Source: the human T2T-CHM13v2.0 reference genome, Homo sapiens. Taken from it: DNA of 64,000 bases. The translations under genes and the position numbers were made by a program. Positions 1-10,928 of this stretch are shown here, in pieces. The DNA is taken from assembly GCF_009914755.1 (NCBI RefSeq), contig NC_060932.1; one strand, 5' to 3'. The notes under the pieces were generated by a model, which saw only the letters and a list, made by a program, of their open reading frames with translations, ran no database searches and was not told where the DNA came from. Position 1 is the stretch's first letter, and every line of letters starts with the position of its first letter.

Positions 1-291
1 TTGAGACTAGAGAATGGCAATGACTTCTACCAAGTATACTGCTCGTAAACATTTGGTTAACAAGGCGCGTCCTGCACAGCCCTAGATCCCTTAAACCTCG
101 ATTTTATACAACACAGGTTTTTGTGAGCTCCAAGTTGGGTCAAAGGAAGGGGCTGCGGCAAGGCAACAAATGAACAACATCTCAGCAAAGCAATTGTTTA
201 AACTACAGGTCTTTTTCAAAATGGAGTCTCTTATGTCTTCCCCTTCTACATAGACACAGTGACAGTCTGATCTCTCTTTCTTTACCCTACA
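1..291 (-). mobile_element. Solo LTR5A (HERV-K HML-2 LTR), cut by the window edge
   Basis: Minus strand begins TGTAGGGTAAAGAAAGAGAGATCAGACTGTCACTGTG and is flanked by TCCAAG at 292-297. Confidence 0.9.
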
Positions 292-448
292 TCCAAGGGC
301 TTGAACATTTCTTGACTTGTTGGCAATCCAAATCGTTACGTCTCCGAAACAGAGTTGACTGAGGGGACCGCAGGGCTGGGCAGGACCTTTGACTTCCTAT
401 ACATCCACAGGAGCAAGAAAACCTCAGCCCCACTCTACCAACACGCAC

Positions 449-721
449 CTAGTAAAATTCCGCCAACCGAATCTCACGCACGCTAACACGTGGGGAGCGT
501 TGCTTGCACCACGAGTCCCCATTTGGCTCAACCGCCGATGCCAAGTGTGTGGTTCCAGTTGCGACGGCCCCCCGTGAAGTGGCTTCCGGATGTGCGAAGG
601 AACCAGGCAGAGTTTCACTGGCCAAATAGACCCCAGCAAAGCTGAAGTTAACTCCCACATTTGGGATGTACTTCAGAGGTAAAACATTCATCCCGTCTTC
701 TTTCCGGATGTCTGACACCAT
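449..721 (-). other. Candidate 90-aa ORF / last exon of an antisense gene within the FAM90A unit (copy 1)
   Basis: Strong Kozak ACCATGG, upstream acceptor at 738-739, intact in all three units. Confidence 0.35.
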
Positions 722-2039
722 GGTTCTCCCCCTGATCCTAAGAGTAGCTGAGGCAGAGACTCACTGAAAGATCTAGGCGGGGATATCCCATCATGCACAG
801 GCTCTCTCCATTCTCTGACCTGGGAACAACTCTCAGCAGGATTCCACATCTAGGAGGCCTCGGAACTCAGCGGGATTTTCTGAGACACACCAACTGGCTG
901 CTCCCTCTCCGCCGCTGTTGAGGGTCGTTATCTTGATTATCCAGATCACCTAGAAAGTATCCGTATCCAGAATGAATAAGATCAACTCTCTGCTCCTCTG
1001 ACAGCAGAAGGAGCAGGACCGTAAGGAACCAAAGAGCGTGGAAGGAAACGATGTGACAGGAAAGCTCAGAGAACGGCCACAGGGGGTCGTCAGCAGGCCT
1101 TCCAACCTGAATCATGAATAATTAATGAAGCGCAAATCAAAGGGGACTCGAGTTTCAGCAGGAGCAATTCATCCAACGGGAGATCGCCGGAGGGCCAACA
1201 AGATTGAGTGACTGGGAGCCGGGTGCAGTGTCAAAGGGGACGCGACTGGTTCCAAAGCTCGAGAAGACCATGGGGTCACTTGGGCTACATGAGAAAACGC
1301 CCCAGTGTGCTGGTTCATCATTCCGACTCCTGCCTGTCTCTTCCCGTCCAAGGAACATGGACCCTAAGTCGTGCAGGTGCGGATGACCATGGGCAGAATT
1401 AGGGGCCGTGGCACAAAAGTTCACCGACACGGGAGTTCCACAGAAGGTGCGGTGGATCTTCGCAAATCCAGAGACATGGCAATGGGACCCAGGGAATTAC
1501 AGCCTCACAGGCGTCCGGGAGACTTTTCAGGCATAATGCCTGGAGTCGCAAGAGGAGCTGAAAAAGGAGCCAGGCACTGAAGGACAAAGCGTTGTTGACT
1601 TTCCTCATCTGTGTTTCCCAGTGCGGTCCAATTCACGGTTGTTTCCAAGCGCCTCCTGGGGGAGAAAACACATGAGGGTGCGGTCAGGGTTCTCTGCTGA
1701 CAGACTTACCTTGGGGAAGAAAGAGAAGCTCTGAAGATGGATCATGGCCGTGACTGCATGTCAAGGAGAGTCTCCTTGATGACACTGAGGCCTACGTCGA
1801 GATAGACAAAATGTGGTCCAATTAAAAGGTGTCTATTTTACCACATTTTTTAAAACAAAACAAAACAAAACAACAAAAAAGATGGAAAAGAAGACAGGGG
1901 TACAGGCACCAGTGTTACATGTCTGACGGGGAACATCTATTGTTCAAAGCTTGCAGCTGTACAAGTAGGTTTTAGAATGTCTGTCAGCAGTGGACATGAT
2001 CTTAGAGTGGGCTGTGCAGATAGACCTTTCCAGGTCATG

Positions 2040-2128
2040 TAATTGGATTAAGTTAATTGCAATTAAGGTACAGGTAACTGATTAGGTTAGGGTACGTTCC
2101 ATGTCAGGTGACCAGAGGCAGTATAAAA
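2040..2128 (+). promoter_or_regulatory. FAM90A promoter: homeobox/DUX4-type motifs plus TATA box
   Basis: TAATTGGATTA 2040-2050; palindrome TTAATTGCAATTAA 2053-2066; TGATTAGGTTA (rc TAACCTAATCA) 2079-2089; TATAAAA 2122-2128; candidate exon-1 donor at 2265. Confidence 0.7.
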
Positions 2129-3281
2129 GGCAGCCTGGAAAGCGGAGGTCCCTCTCTGCCCCTTCCTCCGTCGTCCTGGATGCTGCATCGCTTCCAGCCG
2201 GGCTGCTGCAGCACCTGCCCATCTCAGCGCCAGCCTGGGAAAGAAAGTAGACGTGTAATTTCAGGTTGGTTTCGCTGAACAATTGTTTGTTTCACGCAAT
2301 CCCTGAGGGGTTTTTGCGGGGGGTGTGGGGGAGGAAGAGACAAAGGAGGCCGAAAGAAACCGATCACACTGGGGCTTGCTGGTGGGGTAGGATGTGTTCT
2401 CGTTACTAGTAATTCTTGGAACAGAAAACGAGACAACATATCCGTCTCCACGTGTGGGAGAAGACCAAGATGGGAATGGGAAAAGAAATGTACTGCAGCA
2501 TGCTGAATTGGTGGGTAAATGGAAAAAGGACTTTGGAAAAAAGGGGGGTTTGCCCTTCAGCCGTGTAAGACGTCGATACGATACGGCACTTCTTCCCCGT
2601 TTGTTCAGATGAATTCGTGTGGTGTGCGTAAAATACCAGGAAAATAAATAAAGAGGGGCTGGAGCTAAAGCCAAAAGATAGAACAGGAAAGATCCTCACC
2701 TGCTAGTGCGGTAGAGAGGAAGGTAACTTCTCTGTATGAATTTGTGCTTGGAAGTTGCCTAATGAAATGGCAAGAGTAGCGATTCAAGTTGTCACAGGAA
2801 GCATCCCTTATCCGTGACTTCAAGCAGACCTGCCAAAGGGTGGCACACGCCATGCCCTGTGTCTTCGATCATTCTGTCCGTCAAGGGAGATAGAATCACC
2901 GTGTCTTCTACCGGAGTGAATCGTGAGAGACCTAAGTCCAGTCTCCAGAATCAGTTGTTTGTTTGGGGTTGAAAGCTCAACCCCCCCATACCTAGGCCAC
3001 GGGCCCTGTGGCAGGTGGGGTTTACTCTTGGACTAGGTAGTCATGGCAGAGGAACACACAATATCCGAGGATGCGCACAGCACATTGTGTTCTACAGATT
3101 TGACCGACTGGTGGTGAGGTCTCCTCATGACCACACAGGCAGGGAGTTAGCAGGTGGCTTCCTGTGGGTGTGTGAATATCCAACGTGCTTAACCATCGAC
3201 ATGTGTGTGTTTGTGTGTGTTTCAGGTGGCCCAACAGTCCACCCCTGAAAAAGGCGGTCATAAAACCCCCAGGAGACGAAG

Positions 3282-6200
3282 ATGATGGCACGTCGGGACC
3301 CCAAATCTTGGGCCAAGAGACTGGTGAGAGCCCAGACCCTCCAGAAGCAGCGGAGGGCCCCAGTTGGGCCAAGGGCTCCCCCGCCCGATGAAGAAGATCC
3401 CAGGGTAAGTGTAGCCCTGCATCTCTTGGGTATCGGGGTGGGAGTGGGGACGGGGGGAGGGGGTGTCCCACGGTCCTCAGAGACTGGGTTGGATTCCAAA
3501 GAGTTCTGTCACCACCAGCCAGGTTGCTTTTCCCATCCAAGGTGGGCGTGGCTTGGGACCTTCTCCCCGGCCCGATAGGTCCCTTGAGAGACTCTTGGGG
3601 GCAACCTCCCTTTCTACTTAGAGTCCTGTGTAGCCACGTTTGGCTGCGTTGTTGACATCGGCTTCACCATGGTGCCCCTTGGAACCTTGAGTCCTTCCTT
3701 TCAGAGTTCCTCCGTCACATGGGCTTTGCGAGGGAACATCGTATCCGAAGTCTCCCAGCACTTAACGGCCCCCATGCCGGTGTCCCCTCTTTGGAATCCT
3801 TATTCAGCTCTGAATTCACAATCCGTCCCAATGTTGACGTGGGATCGCTGCCTGTGGCTTCAGCTCACTCACTGACATCACTTCCTTTCCACCCGCAGCT
3901 CAAGTGCAAAAACTGCGGGGCCTTTGGCCACACGGCCAGAAGTACCAGGTGCCCCATGAAGTGCTGGAAGGCAGCCCTGGTTCCAGCGACCTTGGGGAAA
4001 AAGGAAGGGAAGGAAAACCTGAAACCATGGAAGCCCCGGGGTGAAGCCAACCCGGGGCCCTTGAACAAGGATAAGGGAGAGAAGGAAGAGAGACCAAGGT
4101 GAGCAGTGGGAGGGGTTTTCACCACTCTTAGGGTACGGCCTCCCAAGGACATGGTGTCTCTGCACCTGCACACCGTGTGCCTTTCCGTCTCCGGGCCAGG
4201 GAAGGAACGCTGCAGAGAAATAGGCCGGAGCTCCGTGTCCTCCGGGGTTCCACACCCAGGAGCTCCTTGGGCTCTGGGAGATTCAGGGACGGGGAGAGGC
4301 GGGGGCGCTTCGTGCAGGTTCCCCACGACAGCGGGAAAAGCGATGGAATCCAAATCACAGTCCTTAGTTGGGAAGCCTAGAGGGCCACCTGGAGGATGGG
4401 AAGGTTGGCACGTGAGGGAAGGTGCAGAGGCGGAAAGGGCACCAGATGTCCATTTCTGTATCACAAAACACGGAATGGGGCTGGGCCCCAGACGGGGTTC
4501 TCCCTGTCTCCTGGGGAAAACCAGGGGGCACGGCCTGACCTTCTTCTGTTCTGCAGGCAACAAGACCCGCAGAGGAAGGCTCTCCTCCACATGTTTTCCG
4601 GGAAACCTCCAGAGAAGCCGCTGCCGAATGGAAAAGGATCCACGGAATCTTCTGATTATCTGAGGGCGAGTGTCACCCCGGGCCCCTGGTCTTTTTCTCC
4701 TCTAGGTCACCCTGGTTGATTTCCTTTCAGCTTCCCGTCTGCGGGAGGAAATCGGGGAACCCCTCTTTCTTGCCTTCTTGGGGTCAGGGACTCCACGATC
4801 CTTCCAGGTCAATTGGATTCCAGGCGAAGGCATCTGAACATGCCGTATTTCCTGTTGCTTTCTTTCTGTCCAATTATGGCAAGCCTGCCAACAACACGTT
4901 CCTAGCGGCATGAGGAAATTAGTCCCTCAGAGGCCCCAAACGTGGAGAAGGCGAAACCCAGGAACATGCATGTGTTCAGAGAAGACGTCCCGAGTACCCT
5001 TGAGCCAGCAACCTGCCTTGGGAAGGGCATTAGTCCGTTCCACTTCATGGAAGGCTGAGTGGAGGCGCTTTGATCCAGTTAATGCCCAAGACGCGATCTT
5101 TTGAACAATGGTGTGCTTAGATCAGCTACACATAGCTCGAGAGCGCATCTTTCATGTGTCTTGTCCTGATCAGCACTCAGGTGGAGGGTCTGTCCCTACT
5201 TCCAAGGACCGCCTGTCGATACTGTACTAAGAATTTCATGGCGTGTGCACCTTGTCTTTGGATGTGCTTGATTTTCACGTTGGCTCCATGCTGAGGAACT
5301 TCTAACCTGTGTTGTTTCCTCTCTTTCAGGTTGCAAGCGGGCCAATGCCGGTCCACACAACCAGTAAGAGGCCGCGCTTGGACCCTGTCCTCGCTGATCG
5401 CTCAGCTACCGCAATGTCTGGCAGGGGCTCCGTCTTGGCTTCACTGTCTCCCCTCAGAAAAGCCAGCCTGAGCTCCTCCTCAAGTCTTGGACCAAAGGAA
5501 AGACAGACAGGGGCTGCGGCCGACATGCCTCAGCCTGCAGTCAGGCACCAGGGCCGCGAGCCTCTCCTCGTGGTGAAGCCGACACACAGCCGCCCCGAGG
5601 GTGGCTGCCGAGAAGTTCCCCAGGCTGCCTCCAAAACCCACGGCCTGCTCCAGGCCGCCAGACCCCAGGCACAAGACAAACGTCCTGCGGTGACCTCACA
5701 GCCCTGCCCGCCAGCCGCCACACACAGCTTGGGCCTAGGCTCCAATCTCAGCTTCGGGCCAGGAGCCAAGAGACCTGCCCAGGCTCCGATTCAGGCTTGC
5801 CTGAACTTCCCCAAGAAACCGAGACTGGGTCCCTTCCAGATCCCCGAAAGCGCCATCCAGGGAGGTGAGCTGGGGGCCCCGGAGAATCTCCAACCTCCGC
5901 CAGCCGCAACCGAACTTGGACCAAGTACGTCGCCCCAGATGGGCAGGAGGACACCGGCCCAGGTGCCCAGCGTCGACCGGCAGCCTCCGCACAGCAGACC
6001 TTGCCTGCCTACTGCCCAGGCCTGCACCATGTCCCATCACTCAGCGGCCAGCCATGATGGGGCCCAGCCTCTCAGAGTGCTCTTCCGGAGACTGGAAAAC
6101 GGACGCTGGAGCTCCAGCCTCCTGGCGGCCCCCTCATTTCACTCTCCTGAGAAGCCGGGAGCCTTCCTCGCTCAGAGCCCTCATGTGTCAGAGAAGTCTG

Positions 6201-6292
6201 AGGCTCCCTGTGTTCGTGTCCCACCGAGCGTCCTCTATGAGGACCTTCAGGTTTCCTCCTCCTCAGAGGACAGCGATTCTGACCTGGAGTGA
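3282..6292 (+). CDS. FAM90A: FAM90A family protein, 464 aa; join(3282..3404,3899..4098,4557..4665,5330..6292); third coding intron is GC-AG
   Basis: MMARRDPKSWAKRLVRAQ N-terminus, CCHC knuckle CKNCGAFGHTARSTRC, C-terminus LYEDLQVSSSSEDSDSDLE. Exon lengths 123+200+109+963 = 1395 nt with consistent phases. Paralog number cannot be assigned from sequence alone. Confidence 0.93.
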
Positions 6293-6832
6293 GACTGCAG
6301 GTGGCAGGGGCTCCTTGGCCTCCGGCTCCCGTGACTTGGAGGGGACTGTGGGACTGAGGAGCGCAGAGCAGAGAGCACACTCTGTGCGGTGACTCCGAAG
6401 CTCCCCGGCTGTGGCGCTTCTGTGGATGTGGGAGCCCAGGCCAGGCAGGGAGCAGATGCAGGGACTCTGCCTCATTGAATTCTGGTGAGGGACGTTGTAG
6501 TTGGCGTGGTTCTCCGGAAACGCGCCAGGAAAAGCTTCCGTGCCAGAGATTCGTTGCCTCAGAAACTGCGTGACGCGCAGGAGTCAGACTTCCGCTGGGA
6601 CGTCAATAGGAAACTGGGGAATTACTGTGTATTTGCTGTCTAGATGACTGAATAAGGGAAAAGTTAGGGAACCCTGAGAGGTGCAGCCCTTCCGCTGTGC
6701 CCCGCCCTGAGAGCAGTGTTTCGGACGCTGGGAAGCGTGCTGTGCGAAGCGCTCTCGGGGTCTTTCCTCAGCCTCGAAAACTGGGCTCTGGAATGCCTTT
6801 GTACATATGTGTGTTTAATGTGTTTTGAAGTG

Positions 6833-6838
6833 AATAAA
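6833..6838 (+). terminator. FAM90A polyadenylation signal
   Basis: AATAAA ~540 nt after the stop, followed by GT-rich sequence. Confidence 0.7.
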
Positions 6839-6906
6839 ATTCTCAAGAAGATGACATATTGTCTTTTGACTCTCATTCCGTGTTTGTGTGTAACTGATTT
6901 TCCAAG

Positions 6907-7939
6907 TGAAGGGGTGGCCTGCCCCTCCACACCTGTGGGTGTTTCTAGTCGGGTGGGATGAGAGACGGAGAAAAGAAATAAGACACAGAGACAAAGTATA
7001 GGGAGACAACAGTGGGTCCAGGGGACCGGCACTCAGCACACCTAGGACCTGCACCGGCACCGGCCTCTGAGTTCCCGCAGTTTTTATTGATTGTGATTTT
7101 CATTATTTCAGCACAAAGGAATGCAGTAGGGGAGCAGGGTGATAATAAGGGGAAGGTCAACAAAAACAACACAAAACAAACACGTGAGCAAAAGAATCCA
7201 TATCATTATTAAGTTCAAGGGAAGGTACTATGCCTGGACGTGCACGTAGGCCAGATTTATGTTTCTCTCCACACAAATATCTCAGCGGAGTAAAGAATAA
7301 CAAGGCAGCATTACTGCCAACATGTCTCGCCTCCCGCCACAGGGCAGCTTTTCTCCGAGCTCAGAGTTGAACAAATGTACGATCGGGCTTTACACCGAGA
7401 CATTCAGTTCCCAGGGGCAAGCAGGAGACAGTGGCCTTCCTCCATCTGAACTGCAAGAGGCGTTCCTCTTTGACTAATCCACCTCAGCACAGACCCATTG
7501 CGGGTGTCAGGCTGGGGGACATTCAGGACTTTCCCATCCCACGAGGCCATATTTCAGACTGTCACATGGGGAGAAACCTTGGACAATACCCTGCTTTCAA
7601 GGGCAGAGGTCCCTGTGGCTTTCCACGGTGCATTGCGCCCCTGGTTTATTGAGACTAGAGAATGGCAATGACTTCTACCAAGTATACTGCTCGTAAACAT
7701 TTGGTTAACAAGGCGCGTCCTGCACAGCCCCAGATCCCTTAAACCTCGATTTTATACAACACAGGTTTTTGTGAGCTCCAAGTTGGGTCAAAGGAAGGGG
7801 CTGCGGCAAGGCAACAAATGAACAACATCTCAGCAAAGCAATTGTTTAAACTACAGGTCTTTTTCAAAATGGAGTCTCTTATGTCTTCCCCTTCTACATA
7901 GACACAGTGACAGTCTGATCTCTCTTTCTTTACCCTACA
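6907..7939 (-). mobile_element. Full-length solo LTR5A (1033 bp)
   Basis: TG...CA termini on the minus strand (TGTAGGG...CACCCCTTCA); perfect 6-bp target-site duplication TCCAAG at 6901-6906 and 7940-7945. Confidence 0.93.
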
Positions 7940-8096
7940 TCCAAGGGCTTGAACATTTCTTGACTTGTTGGCAATCCAAATCGTTACGTCTCCGAAACAG
8001 AGTTGACTGAGGGGACCGCAGGGCTGGGCAGGACCTTTGACTTCCTATACATCCACAGGAGCAAGAAAACCTCAGCCCCACTCTACCAACACGCAC

Positions 8097-8369
8097 CTAG
8101 TAAAATTCCGCCAACCGAATCTCACGCACGCTAACACGTGGGGAGCGTTGCTTGCACCACGAGTCCCCATTTGGCTCAACCGCCGATGCCAAGTGTGTGG
8201 TTCCAGTTGCGACGGCCCCCCGTGAAGTGGCTTCCGGATGTGCGAAGGAACCAGGCAGAGTTTCACTGGCCAAATAGACCCCAGCAAAGCTGAAGTTAAC
8301 TCCCACATTTGGGATGTACTTCAGAGGTAAAACATTCATCCCGTCTTCTTTCCGGATGTCTGACACCAT
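8097..8369 (-). other. Candidate 90-aa antisense ORF (copy 2)
   Basis: Same protein as 449-721. Confidence 0.35.
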
Positions 8370-9687
8370 GGTTCTCCCCCTGATCCTAAGAGTAGCTGAG
8401 GCAGAGACTCACTGAAAGATCTAGGCGGGGATATCCCATCATGCACAGGCTCTCTCCATTCTCTGACCTGGGAACAACTCTCAGCAGGATTCCACATCTA
8501 GGAGGCCTCGGAACTCAGCGGGATTTTCTGAGACACACCAACTGGCTGCTCCCTCTCCGCCGCTGTTGAGGGTCGTTATCTTGATTATCCAGATCACCTA
8601 GAAAGTATCCGTATCCAGAATGAATAAGATCAACTCTCTGCTCCTCTGACAGCAGAAGGAGCAGGACCGTAAGGAACCAAAGAGCGTGGAAGGAAACGAT
8701 GTGACAGGAAAGCTCAGAGAACGGCCACAGGGGGTCGTCAGCAGGCCTTCCAACCTGAATCATGAATAATTAATGAAGCGCAAATCAAAGGGGACTCGAG
8801 TTTCAGCAGGAGCAATTCATCCAACGGGAGATCGCCGGAGGGCCAACAAGATTGAGTGACTGGGAGCCGGGTGCAGTGTCAAAGGGGACGCGACTGGTTC
8901 CAAAGCTCGAGAAGACCATGGGGTCACTTGGGCTACATGAGAAAACGCCCCAGTGTGCTGGTTCATCATTCCGACTCCTGCCTGTCTCTTCCCGTCCAAG
9001 GAACATGGACCCTAAGTCGTGCAGGTGCGGATGACCATGGGCAGAATTAGGGGCCGTGGCACAAAAGTTCACCGACACGGGAGTTCCACAGAAGGTGCGG
9101 TGGATCTTCGCAAATCCAGAGACATGGCAATGGGACCCAGGGAATTACAGCCTCACAGGCGTCCGGGAGACTTTTCAGGCATAATGCCTGGAGTCGCAAG
9201 AGGAGCTGAAAAAGGAGCCAGGCACTGAAGGACAAAGCGTTGTTGACTTTCCTCATCTGTGTTTCCCAGTGCGGTCCAATTCACGGTTGTTTCCAAGCGC
9301 CTCCTGGGGGAGAAAACACATGAGGGTGCGGTCAGGGTTCTCTGCTGACAGACTTACCTTGGGGAAGAAAGAGAAGCTCTGAAGATGGATCATGGCCGTG
9401 ACTGCATGTCAAGGAGAGTCTCCTTGATGACACTGAGGCCTACGTCGAGATAGACAAAATGTGGTCCAATTAAAAGGTGTCTATTTTACCACATTTTTTA
9501 AAACAAAACAAAACAAAACAACAAAAAAGATGGAAAAGAAGACAGGGGTACAGGCACCAGTGTTACATGTCTGACGGGGAACATCTATTGTTCAAAGCTT
9601 GCAGCTGTACAAGTAGGTTTTAGAATGTCTGTCAGCAGTGGACATGATCTTAGAGTGGGCTGTGCAGATAGACCTTTCCAGGTCATG

Positions 9688-9776
9688 TAATTGGATTAAG
9701 TTAATTGCAATTAAGGTACAGGTAACTGATTAGGTTAGGGTACGTTCCATGTCAGGTGACCAGAGGCAGTATAAAA
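9688..9776 (+). promoter_or_regulatory. FAM90A promoter copy 2 (DUX4-type motif plus TATA)
   Basis: TGATTAGGTTA 9727-9737; TATAAAA 9770-9776. Confidence 0.7.
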
Positions 9777-10928
9777 GGCAGCCTGGAAAGCGGAGGTCCC
9801 TCTCTGCCCCTTCCTCCGTCGTCCTGGATGCTGCATCGCTTCCAGCCGGGCTGCTGCAGCACCTGCCCATCTCAGCGCCAGCCTGGGAAAGAAAGTAGAC
9901 GTGTAATTTCAGGTTAGTTTCGCTGAACAATTGTTTGTTTCACGCAATCCCTGAGGGGTTTTTGCGGGGGGTGTGGGGGAGGAAGAGACAAAGGAGGCCG
10001 AAAGAAACCGATCACACTGGGGCTTGCTGGTGGGGTAGGATGTGTTCTCGTTACTAGTAATTCTTGGAACAGAAAACGAGAAAACATATCCGTCTCCACG
10101 TGTGGGAGAAGACCAAGATGGGAATGGGAAAAGAAATGTACTGCAGCATGCTGAATTGGTGGGTAAATGGAAAAAAGACTTTGGAAAAAAGGGGGGTTTG
10201 CCCTTCAGCCGTGTAAGACGTCGATACGATACGGCACTTCTTCCCCGTTTGTTCAGATGAATTCGTGTGGTGTGCGTAAAATACCAGGAAAATAAATAAA
10301 GAGGGGCTGGAGCTAAAGCTAAAAGATAGAACAGGAAAGATCCTCACCTGCTAGTGCGGTAGAGAGGAAGGTAACTTCTCTGTATGAATTTGTGCTTGGA
10401 AGTTGCCTAATGAAATGGCAAGAGTAGCGATTCAAGTTGTCACAGGAAGCATCCCTTATCCGTGACTTCAAGCAGACCTGCCAAAGGGTGGCACACGCCA
10501 TGCCCTGTGTCTTCGATCATTCTGTCCGTCAAGGGAGATAGAATCACCGTGTCTTCTACCGGAGTGAATCGTGAGAGACCTAAGTCCAGTCTCCAGAATC
10601 AGTTGTTTGTTTGGGGTTGAAAGCTCAACCCCCCATACCTAGGCCACGGGCCCTGTGGCAGGTGGGGTTTACTCTTGGACTAGGTAGTCATGGCAGAGGA
10701 ACACACAATATCCGAGGATGCGCACAGCACATTGTGTTCTACAGATTTGACCGACTGGTGGTGAGGTCTCCTCATGACCACACAGGCAGGGAGTTAGCAG
10801 GTGGCTTCCTGTGGGTGTGTGAATATCCAACGTGCTTAACCATCGACATGTGTGTGTTTGTGTGTGTTTCAGGTGGCCCAACAGTCCACCCCTGAAAAAG
10901 GCGGTCATAAAACCCCCAGGAGACGAAG

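Noticed and set aside
1107-1200. Minus-strand peptide DELLLLKLESP resembling the trypsin-family catalytic Asp motif
   Set aside because: No His or Ser catalytic motifs nearby and an in-frame stop just upstream; probably chance.
3865-6392. Many long alternative-frame and antisense ORFs over FAM90A (e.g. 241 aa, 185 aa, 175 aa, and their copy-2 equivalents)
   Set aside because: Expected in GC-rich DNA. They cross intron/exon boundaries of the spliced gene, and their recurrence only reflects the tandem repeat.
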